This document shows, piece by piece, positions 52,610 through 63,195 of a stretch of DNA of 64,000 bases. This stretch comes from Selaginella moellendorffii. Lineage: Eukaryota; Plantae; Lycopodiophyta. The notes beneath the pieces are model-generated. The model made no database searches. It was not told where the DNA came from and saw nothing but the letters and a program-made list of their open reading frames with translations. The translations under genes and the position numbers were made by a program. The stretch lies in contig NW_003314291.1 of assembly GCF_000143415.4 (NCBI RefSeq), positions 593,316 through 657,315 on the forward strand. Direction: 5' to 3'. The stretch's first letter is position 1. Every line of letters starts with the position of its first letter.

Positions 52610-55600
52610 CTGAAATGAAATGCGTTAGCATAAAAAATGGTACAAGTCAATTTTACCATCTACAATATTAGCGAATGGTGCTCCCGATGGTCGTTCAGAG
52701 GGTTTTGGTCGAGGAAACGTGAAGGGCGGAAATACTCTCCTCTGCAATGTGGGGTCAATCGCATCCGATGGCGTGTGGGCACATGCCATTTCAGCTGTAG
52801 ACTCTGGTACAACTGGCTCAACAGTGGCATGGGGTGGTTCCGATGGCGTGTGATCACACGCCATTTCAGCTGGTGCCTCCGTTGGCAAAGTGGACATGAC
52901 CGAACAGGCAGCAGGGGCGGTGTAGGGAGGTTCCAACGGCGCGTAGTCAGACGATTGGGCACACGTTGGAAATGAGGATACGACCGGCTCGGCGGCTGGG
53001 GCGGCCTCATGCGGGTCCAATGGCGCCTGGTCACCGTCAGTTGGATACGTGGACAAGATTGACTCAGTGGTATGGGCAGCATCAAGTGGAGCGTGGTCAG
53101 CTTGCTTGGCGTTGATATGGATAGTAGCCTCCACCAGCTCTGATGACTCTTGCAGGCAAGTAGAGTCCACTGGCGGATCCATATCATGTCCAAATATCTC
53201 CCTTCGATTGAGATGGTATCCTCCCGTGCTACTAAAAACAAACTCATTAGCACATTGAATCGACTATACTGTATTTACCATCAACTGCTATTGAGGAACT
53301 AGGACCGATATCACTTGGGCGCACTGCTGATTCTGAAGGATTGGACATACGTTTCGACCCTTGCTTGGCACTATCCTTCCTCGACACTAAAGGCTAGAGT
53401 TTGTATCTTAATTCAACTGAATAATCTCTACTTACCATTTCTTCTGCGACCTACATGGACAATGTTAGAAATGGTAAAAGGTTAGGAATGGATGTACTAT
53501 TATTTACCTGATGGTTTGTCTTGTATGACCTTCCTCCGCTGCTCTTTGGCCACCTCAGGCTGGCCATCATCGTCATCATCGTCATCGTCGTTATTGTGAT
53601 CGTCACCATTGTGAGGACCATCCAAGTCCTCTTCGTCCTCCTCTTCTTCGTCCTCCTCTTCGTCCTTCTGCTCTTCCTGCTCATTATCTTTCTCTGGCTC
53701 CTCATCCCCCACTTGCATTTCTTCCATAGGCTGCTCAGGCTGGATTGCTTGTTTTTCCAGGACCATCTTGGAAAAATCATCTGGCCGAGTCTCCATCTCA
53801 AAATACAAGACATCCATAGCCTGTTTTAGTGCGTGACCTAGGACCGTATCCTCACCCGACTGTCTTAACATGGTTTCTGCACGTTCTTGCACCCTTCGAA
53901 GACGACGAGATGAGAAAAACGTGGCCCTGACTTGAAAAGCATCCCTCATCCATTGTACCTCTCCATTGAGATTGGGGAAGGGGAGTCCGCCATAGGAATC
54001 TGAGTCAGAAGGTGGTGACTGGCTCCTTTCACTCAGCCCTTGATCTGCAATGAATGGCATGAGCACACACGCCATAACCGCGAGGCATTACCTATCATCT
54101 TTTCGTTGCCCTTCTTCCTTTTCGAATCAAACGCCTCTGATCCCGACGACTGTCCAACGTGCTTTCGCTTTTTATGACCACTGTCAGTTTGAGCTTGGCT
54201 GGTGCTTGCCTGTTTTGCCTTTGAAGAAGTGTCTCCTGCAAGGAATGGCATGAGACCACACGCCATTGCAAATATAATTTGTACCTCCTTTTTTCCTATT
54301 GCTTGTCTGTTTGTCCTTCTTCGACGCGCCACCAGTGCGCTTTTCAGTCCTCGTGTCTGAATATTCACAACGATCTATAATCAAAATGGCGTGAGGCCTC
54401 ACGTGACCTTACCTTGTGCAGGTTGTGACCTCGGCCTAACATCAGTAGCTGTTAACGCCGTTTCAGCATCTGGGGGTGGCCACGCTCCTGCATACAGAGC
54501 TTGTGAGATAACATTTAAACTTAAAGTGCGTACTCACCAGGTTCGTAGAGAAGATACTGTTTTTCTTTGGCAACTGTAATTATATGCTCCATTGAAGTCA
54601 CCTCTTCAATGGAGTTTGTCACCGCAACACACGGGACACCCTTGAGTAGTGCGGCTCGAAAGAATAGTCCGCCGCAGTTGTACTCGACAACGCATTTGCC
54701 CTTGGAGTCACCCGCTATTGCGTTGAAGACCCAGCTGAGCATTTCCCATGCTGCACCTGGAGCTTTCTTTGGATTCGAAAGCTCCATAGCCGTCTTCAGT
54801 TCCTCAGGCACGGGTAAATTGACCTCCCTCAGATCAATTCGATCGGCTTTGTTGAACGAAGCTGGGAAGTCACTCCAGTCCCACTCTGCTGCAGGACCAA
54901 TAACAAGGGCGACTGTGAAGATGCGGACATTCGTCGGTATCTTCTTCTTAGCCATTATCCCATGGATCTCCCGCATCTCCTTGCCTTTCAACCGAGCCTT
55001 CACCTCGTTCAAGGCCTTCCAGAACTTGTGATAGGATTCGGAGTCGTAGATCATATAGTGGACTGAAGATTCCACCTCCGCAAGTCCCACCATTAAGTCA
55101 ATGATGGAGCTGACTTCGTCTGCATGAGTGATCTCCTCGTTTGTGAAGTCCATCACACAAAAGATGTTCTTGACCTGCTCATCTCCGCGGGAAACGATGC
55201 TCCTCCACCTTTGATCCTCATCCGAATTCACGTATACCCGGTAAGGTTCTCGATAGGCCTCTGCTGCGGGGTCGAGCTGTTTCTGAAGCCGGCGGTCGAC
55301 ATCCCTCTTAATGAAATTTGGATACTGATCCAACTTCTCAGCTTTACTTTTCGTGGCATCCCGCAGCAGATCGATGAACTTGGGGGCCCCCTTCACGTAC
55401 TCGTCGATGTCTTCATTTGACAAGTCCAGCTCTTCCATCATCTCTTGCGTGGTGTCGATGCTCACCCTCGCCACGGCCACTTGCTCGAAGATCCAATCCT
55501 TCAATAGCGCACGAGCTCTCAGAGTCGTGCACAAGTCCTCGTATGTCACAATATGGCCGGGAGTCATTTTGGTCTTGTTGAAGACTACCTCACCAAGTAG

Positions 55601-55663
55601 AAGAGCATTAGCCACTGTCAGAAGGTCGTCGTCGTCTAGAGACCGCGAGAAACGCAAGGCGTT

Positions 55664-56811
55664 TGTAAGGAACCAACTCGCCGAGGTGTCGTAGGCTAAG
55701 GGAACCCCGAAAGCATGACCAAAATGACAAAGAGTTCATCGGATGGGACCAAGTCAAAGATCGAGTCCAAGACCGACTCTAGGACCGAGTTCGAGATCGA
55801 GTCCGGAATCGAGTCCGAGACCGACTCGGGGACCGAGTTCGAGTCCGAGTTCGAGACCGAGTTCGAGACGGAGTCCGAGATCCGAAATCGGGTCCGAGAC
55901 CGAGTCCGAAGTCGAGTCCGAGGTCGGGCCCGAGATCGGGTCCGAGATCGAGTCCGCGATCGAGTCCGAGACCGAATCCGAAGTCGGATCCGAAATCGGA
56001 TCCGAGATCGAGCCAGAGACTAAGTCCAAATACTAATACGGGTCAAGGGGTGAAAGCCCAAAGCGTGCGTCCCCCAGGGGGGGGGGGCTGCAGGGGGTTC
56101 CAAAAGTATAGTAGGGATAGTGAGGTCCAGGAACCAGTTTTGAAGGGACTCTCCAGTTGGGCTTCCAAACCGACTTGAGGTTGGGACTGGGACTAAGGGG
56201 CCTTGGGTGGGAGTGAGCATGGACTTGGCTGGTGCCGGAGGGGCCATCCAAGGAAGTGCTCAAGAGCAGCTCCCACTCCCGAAAGGGAAACCGATTGCGG
56301 TGCTCCCGGCTCATGTGGAGTGGTGCCCCACTTGAGTACCATGCGGCTCATTGGTCCTCGTCCTTCCTAGGGGCTTGGGCCTTCCTTCGGGATGGATGTG
56401 GGGGGCGAGGGGTACCCATACCGGGCCGTTAGGCCACGGTGTTTCGTCCCGGCGTCCCGAAGCAAGTGTTGCACTCAAGACTTGGGATTTAGAGGGTCCC
56501 ATGATCAAGTCTTGTGGTACCAAGGGATGTTAGGAATCTGGAAGCTTGGTGTGCTTGGCTGCTTGTGCTTGCGGGGAGTGTAGCCGAACCTTAAGTCCAG
56601 TCTAACCCGGGGAGGGGGATTGGGAGTGATTTGGGAATCCGTGGAAGGATGGCTAACTCTCCGTTGCTCGTGCAGTGAGTAGCTGAAACCAAGTAGGAGC
56701 TGGTACCATAGGCGAGAACCTTGGCAAGGGAACTTAGCAAAAGCCAAGGCAGTGTTGGACGGATAGACGAGGTAAGCTGGCAAATTGGAAAGGAAAAATT
56801 TGTGGCTTACA
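55664..56811 (+). repeat. 5' LTR of element C
   Basis: TGTAAGG...GGCTTACA. No difference from 62048-63195 seen; ORF-track translations are identical at offset 6384. Confidence 0.96.
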
Positions 56812-56814
56812 ATT

Positions 56815-56826
56815 TGGTATCGGAGC
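56815..56826 (+). other. Primer-binding site (tRNA-iMet type)
   Basis: TGGTATCGGAGC, 3 nt after the LTR; one change from the common TGGTATCAGAGC. Confidence 0.9.
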
Positions 56827-56870
56827 CTTTATCTCAGTTCTAGCGAAGGATAGAGGCGGATTGCTGGGAG

Positions 56871-59800
56871 ATGGCAAGGGCAGGGCGTAAGCGAACCCAG
56901 GCGGAGACGGAACCTCCGCCGGAGCTGGAGCCTCCGGTTGAACAAGAGGCTATGGATGAGGAATCCTTGCATGAGGAGGACTCCAGTGAGGAAACTTCCA
57001 AACAGGAGTCCGGTGGCGAGGTTCGGTCGTCCAAGGCTCGATTGGACGTGCTAGAAGGGCAGTTGGCACAGACCAATGCCCTGCTAGAAACTCTCGTACG
57101 CAAGCTAAAGCGTGACGAGAGGCGGAAGAAAAAGAAAAAGACTGCGGATGCTGGCAGCGCAGAAGGTGCGGATCTTTCGGCCGGGACTGAGGCAAAACCA
57201 GACAAGGTCGAACAGACCGAAGTGGAATCAGTCCCTCAGGCAGTCCCCAAGTACAAACCAAAGCCCCCACCGGTCTTCAAGGGAGTGAATGACTATAAGG
57301 TGGTGGAGGATTGGTTTTACGATATGGAGGACTACTTCCGAGCGTTGCGGTTACCAAGCTCGGAGAAGGTCCCATGTGCAAAACCATACTTGGCAGATAA
57401 TGCCAAGTCTTGGTGGAGAACAACGGAGGCCAACGAAGGACCGGTGGTCACTTGGGACATGATGAAGGCGAGGATCCGCGCAACATATGTTCCTCCGAAT
57501 GCCACTCTGCATCTGAGGGATGAACTGAGTAGGCTGAAACAGACAGGAACCATCCAGGAATATGTGAATGGGTTCATGGCAAAGAGGATACTTGTCACGG
57601 ACATGGGGGATATGGATGCGTTCCATGCCTTCATATCAGGTTTGCAAACCTGGGCTCGCGGCGAGGTGATGAGGTGGAACCCGACCAACTACAAGGAAGC
57701 GTTGGATGCGGCCATCAAGGTGCATTTCAACGATAACCTGCGAAAGGGGAACACGACGGGGTCGGGATCCACATTTAGCAAAGGGGCCAAACCAAGGGGA
57801 ACGTATAGCAAGGGGAAATTCAAAAGGAGTTTCTCTAAGAATGAGTCCTCGGGGTTCCGGAAAGGCAAATCCGGTGGCCAGCGAGCGAGTACGTGGGGGA
57901 GTCAAGCGAAAAAGGACAAACCCACGGATAAGAAGGTCAAGTCGTATAGCAGCGTGGGAAACAACGTATGCTACAACTGCGGCGAAGCGGGACACTTCTC
58001 GAGGGAATGTCCCTACCCGAAGAAGGCCAGAGCCAATATGGCCATCAAGTCGGGTGAAGTCCAAACTGAGGTATGTGATCCAGTCCCTAACTCAAAGTTA
58101 CTCATTACACGAGCAACTTTGGTAGAGAGTCGTTCGCGACATCTACTAGCCCTCCGAGGGAAGCTCGGAGGTAGCTTTGTTAAGATCCTTATTGACACGG
58201 GTGCTTCGGATAATTTTGTGGCTGCAGACATAGTCCGGCAAGCCGGACTAACGGTGCAGCGGCTAGGCGAACCAAGGACTATAGAGTTTGTTCAGGGTAG
58301 CCAAAGCACCGATGAGGTACTTCGACAAGCGAGAGTCGAAGTGGGGACATGGAAAGTGGACATGGATTTCACCGTCTTGGATATGGCGGGATTTGACGTG
58401 ATCTTCGGAATGGATTGGTTTAATCGGTTCGTGGTAGCCCTGCATGGACAAGGTAGGAACCTTGTGGTATTGGCGAATGCCCAAGGAAGCAGATCTAGGG
58501 TGGAGGCCCAGGATCTAAAGGTAGGGCAAAGCAAGGCCAAAGAGTCATGCTTGAACCTGGTGTCCACGAGAGGACAACTCACTAAAGGAACTAAGGCAGC
58601 CTTTTTGTGCTTACTCTCGGTGAAGAGTGACAAAAAGACAAGAACGGAAGAAGTGCCTTTAGTGATCCAGCGAGTGTTGGACCAATTCCAGGATACCATG
58701 CCAGAGGAGCTACCGGCGGGGTTGCCCCCCGCACGACCGATAGAACATAAGATTGAGCTTGTCGAGGGCGCTGAGGCGGTGGTTCGTCCCCCCTATCGTT
58801 TGAACGAAAAAGAACTCAAGGAGCTCAAGTGCCAACTAGAGGAGTTGGTGGGCAAAGGGTATGTTAGGTTGAGCAAGTCGCCGTATGGGGCGCCGGTATT
58901 ATTTGTGAAAAAGAAAGATGGATCTATGCGCATGTGCATAGATTACCGGTTGCTCAACAAGTATACCAAGAAGAACAAGTACCCGTTGCCAAGGATTGAG
59001 GACCTGTTCGATAGGTTGGGAAAGGCAAAATACTTCTCGAGGATTGACCTAAGGTCAGGATACTACCAGATCAGGGTAGCCGAGGAAGATGTCGAGAAGA
59101 CAACCTGTCGAACGAGGTATGGGAGCTTTGAGTTTTTGGTGATGCCCTTTGGGCTGTGCAATGCGCCGGCAACGTTTTCGGCGTTGATGAACCACGTCTT
59201 TGTACCCTATCTGGATCACTTTGTGGTCGTCTATATTGACGACATCCTGATCTATAGCGAGACGCTAGAGGAGCATGCCGAACACTTGGCGAAGGTGTTT
59301 GAGAAACTAAGGGAACATAAACTGTATGCTAAAGAGAGCAAATGTGACTTTGCTCAGCAAGAGGTAAAGTTTCTCGGGCATGTGGTGGGCCAGGACGGGC
59401 TCAAGGTGGACCCGGAGAAGGTCCAAGCGATCCAGGAATGGGAGCGACCATCGAATGTACATGAGTTGAGGGCGTTCTTGGGGCTATGCAACTACTATCG
59501 AAAGTTTATCAGACACTATTCGAGAGTAGCCCTACCCTTAACGGATCAAACGGGAAAAGGGAAGATGGTATGGACAGCGGAATGCGAGGCGGCATTCGTC
59601 CACCTCAAAGGGAAGTTGAGGAAGGCTCCGGTGTTGGCATTACCGAACTTTGGTAAGGACTTTGAGGTAGACACGGATGCTTCGGACTTTGCGTTAGGCG
59701 CAGTTTTGAAGCAAGACAACCATCCAGTAGCGTTCTTCTCGAAGAAGCTGGACAAGGCTCAACGGAAGTGGCCTGCCCACGAGAAGGAATTGTTTGCGGT

Positions 59801-61643
59801 GGTCAAGGCGCTCAAGGAGTGGCGACACTACCTTGGGAGACACTTCAAGGTTTACACGGACAATGTGGCAACGAAACACTTCTTGTCACAACCCGACCTG
59901 AGAGGGAAACAAGGTCGGTGGGCCAATGCCTTGGCCGAGTTTGATTGCGAGATTCTGTACAAGCCTGGGAAGAGCAACATCGTGGCAGATGCGCTAAGTC
60001 GAAAAGCGAGCTTGAGGTTGGCGATCTCCAGCGCAACAGCAACCTTCTGGGACGATGTGCGGACAGCATATGAGAACGATGGTCTAGCACAAGAAGTGTT
60101 GTTGAGGAATCTGGAGGCACGGGAAGCTCACCAGAGAGGTGAGCCGCCAACGGAAGAGAAAACGGGCTATGCGGAACGCAATGGACTCATTTATTACAAG
60201 CAAACGAGGGTGTATGTTCCAGAAGGTGGACTAAGGAAGGTAGCCTTAGAAGAGTGTCATGACGGACCTCTTGCGGGACACGGCTGAGTGCCCAAGACGA
60301 TGGGCTTACTCAAGAGGAAGTACCATTGGCCAGATATGGCTAAGGACGTTCAAGACTATGTAAAGACATGTCCAACATGTCAGCAGGTCAAAGCCGTGAC
60401 TAAGGCTAGTGGGGGCTTGTTGCAAAGCATCCCCATTCCAGATCGTCCGTGGAAATGTCTCACGATGGACTTCATCACGGGACTACCCCCAAGCGAGGGG
60501 TTCGATGCGATATTCGTGGTGGTGGACCGATTTTCGAAGATGGCACATTTCATACCCACCACAACGGAGGTGGATGCGGAAGGTGTGGCGAAACTGTTCT
60601 TCGAACAAGTGGTTCGAGTGCGGGGAAGGCCAGAGGAGATTATCTCAGACCGAGATAAGATCTTCACTAGTAGGTTCTGGAGGACCCTCCTGGAACAGTA
60701 TCGCACCAAGTTGAAATTCAGCACAGCCTATCACCCACAGACAGGTATGGGGTATTAAGTCAAGTTTGGTGGTCCTAACACTTCTTGACAGACGGACAAA
60801 CGGAAAGGGTGAATAGGCAGCTGGAGGATTATTTGCGATGCTATGTCTCGGGAGACCAGACCGATTGGGTAAGTCATTTGGGACTTGCGGAAATGTGTTA
60901 TAACAACTCACCACATTCGAGTATCGGGGTGAGTCCATGGGAAGTCATCAATGGGCGAGCTATTGAAGGTCCTGTGGAACTCGGCGTGGCCGAGTATCAT
61001 GGAGAGTTACCCGCAGTGGAGGCATTCACGGCGGAAAGACTCAACATTTGGAATCTAGTGAGGGATTCCTTGGAACGGGCTCAACAAAGGCAAACCAAGT
61101 ACGCGAACCTAAAGCGCCGGGACGTAGAGTTCCAAGCTGGGGAGAAGGTGTGGTTGAACACCAAGAACCTTAGGCTACCAAGTGGGATCAGCTGAAAGTT
61201 GACCCAAAGGTAAAAATGCATATATTCCTGTAAATGAATTGATCTTGAGTTCCTTAAGCAGGTTCGCGGGGCCTTACGAGATTGAGGCACGAATCGGTAA
61301 AGTGGCTTACCGACTCCGACTTCCTCGAGAGATGGGGAAGATGCACCCAGTGTTCCATGTGAACTTACTCAAGCCGTACTTTGAGGATCCGCTTCGCAAA
61401 GACCAAGTAAGACCTTTACCTGAGGTTATCCAAGGGGAAGAGGAATACGAAGTCGAGGCCATCCTCAATGCGCGCAAGAGCAAGCGACAAGGACGCGAGG
61501 TGAGAGAGTTCCATGTGAAGTGGAAAGGATTTCCACACTGCGAAGCAACATGGGAACCGGAGGAGAACCTAGCGAACGCGCGAGATCTAGTGGAGGAATT
61601 TCTGCAAGGCAGAACTCTATGTACTTATGCAAAGTTCAATTAA
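56871..61643 (+). CDS. Gag-Pol polyprotein of element C, with two in-frame TGA codons and two introns in integrase
   Basis: Zn knuckle [14 protein letters not shown], protease LIDTGAS, RT RMCIDYR and VYIDDILI, RNase [39 protein letters not shown], chromodomain YEVEAIL...VKWKGF...TWEP. TGA at 60285-60287 and 61193-61195. Confidence 0.93.
60745..60791 (+). other. Spliceosomal intron (47 nt) in the integrase core
   Basis: AG|GTATGG...CCTAAC...TTCTTGACAG|AC; removal restores HPQT-D-GQTER exactly. Confidence 0.85.
61210..61261 (+). other. Spliceosomal intron (52 nt) in the integrase GPY/F region
   Basis: AG|GTAAAA...AT-rich...TAAGCAG|GT; removal restores KLTQ-R-FAGPY exactly. Confidence 0.85.
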
Positions 61644-62033
61644 AAATATCAATTTGCAAAGTTGAGCAAGTGGCACATGTTGGGACCCGAAGGCGCGCCA
61701 AAGGTGAGCTAATTAGCATGGGTTAGCTAGGTCGACCAGGCGTAGGGAGCTACGCCCGACTCCCTGCGGGGATGTCGAAACCGTAGACGTATTCTACGGA
61801 GGTTGGGTTCGAGTCCCAACCCCCTAGTAAAGCAAGGCTGGGTTCAAGTCCCGACCCCATACTAGGGCGTGGTGAGGGGTGGAGTATAGGGACACCTATA
61901 TTCCGTTGTCATGAGCTCTTGGCCGGGGAGGCTAACTTAGGCACACCGCTAAGTGGGGGGATGCCCCCGGAGACATGGTCAACAAGTCGTAGGATAAAAA
62001 AGAGACGTTCGATGTGGGCATCGAACTTCTTCT

Positions 62034-62047
62034 ATGGGTGGTGGAGT
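62034..62047 (+). other. Polypurine tract of element C
   Basis: ATGGGTGGTGGAGT abutting the 3' LTR; the same sequence is the PPT of element B. Confidence 0.8.
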
Positions 62048-63195
62048 TGTAAGGAACCAACTCGCCGAGGTGTCGTAGGCTAAGGGAACCCCGAAAGCAT
62101 GACCAAAATGACAAAGAGTTCATCGGATGGGACCAAGTCAAAGATCGAGTCCAAGACCGACTCTAGGACCGAGTTCGAGATCGAGTCCGGAATCGAGTCC
62201 GAGACCGACTCGGGGACCGAGTTCGAGTCCGAGTTCGAGACCGAGTTCGAGACGGAGTCCGAGATCCGAAATCGGGTCCGAGACCGAGTCCGAAGTCGAG
62301 TCCGAGGTCGGGCCCGAGATCGGGTCCGAGATCGAGTCCGCGATCGAGTCCGAGACCGAATCCGAAGTCGGATCCGAAATCGGATCCGAGATCGAGCCAG
62401 AGACTAAGTCCAAATACTAATACGGGTCAAGGGGTGAAAGCCCAAAGCGTGCGTCCCCCAGGGGGGGGGGGCTGCAGGGGGTTCCAAAAGTATAGTAGGG
62501 ATAGTGAGGTCCAGGAACCAGTTTTGAAGGGACTCTCCAGTTGGGCTTCCAAACCGACTTGAGGTTGGGACTGGGACTAAGGGGCCTTGGGTGGGAGTGA
62601 GCATGGACTTGGCTGGTGCCGGAGGGGCCATCCAAGGAAGTGCTCAAGAGCAGCTCCCACTCCCGAAAGGGAAACCGATTGCGGTGCTCCCGGCTCATGT
62701 GGAGTGGTGCCCCACTTGAGTACCATGCGGCTCATTGGTCCTCGTCCTTCCTAGGGGCTTGGGCCTTCCTTCGGGATGGATGTGGGGGGCGAGGGGTACC
62801 CATACCGGGCCGTTAGGCCACGGTGTTTCGTCCCGGCGTCCCGAAGCAAGTGTTGCACTCAAGACTTGGGATTTAGAGGGTCCCATGATCAAGTCTTGTG
62901 GTACCAAGGGATGTTAGGAATCTGGAAGCTTGGTGTGCTTGGCTGCTTGTGCTTGCGGGGAGTGTAGCCGAACCTTAAGTCCAGTCTAACCCGGGGAGGG
63001 GGATTGGGAGTGATTTGGGAATCCGTGGAAGGATGGCTAACTCTCCGTTGCTCGTGCAGTGAGTAGCTGAAACCAAGTAGGAGCTGGTACCATAGGCGAG
63101 AACCTTGGCAAGGGAACTTAGCAAAAGCCAAGGCAGTGTTGGACGGATAGACGAGGTAAGCTGGCAAATTGGAAAGGAAAAATTTGTGGCTTACA
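62048..63195 (+). repeat. 3' LTR of element C
   Basis: Copy of 55664-56811, followed by TSD GCGTT. Confidence 0.96.

Larger units (their letters stand above)
55664..63195 (+). mobile_element. Full-length, very young Ty3/gypsy chromovirus (element C)
   Basis: Two 1148-bp LTRs, TSD GCGTT (55659-55663, 63196-63200), PBS, PPT, and gag-PR-RT-RH-IN-chromodomain order. Confidence 0.97.

Noticed and set aside
61609-61661. AT-rich patch after the chromodomain as a further intron
   Set aside because: Donor and acceptor are weak, and no conserved motif is restored by removing it.
62889-63195. C-terminal 102 aa of the 347-aa minus ORF
   Set aside because: Chance read-through into the antisense LTR; the real continuation is at 55658.
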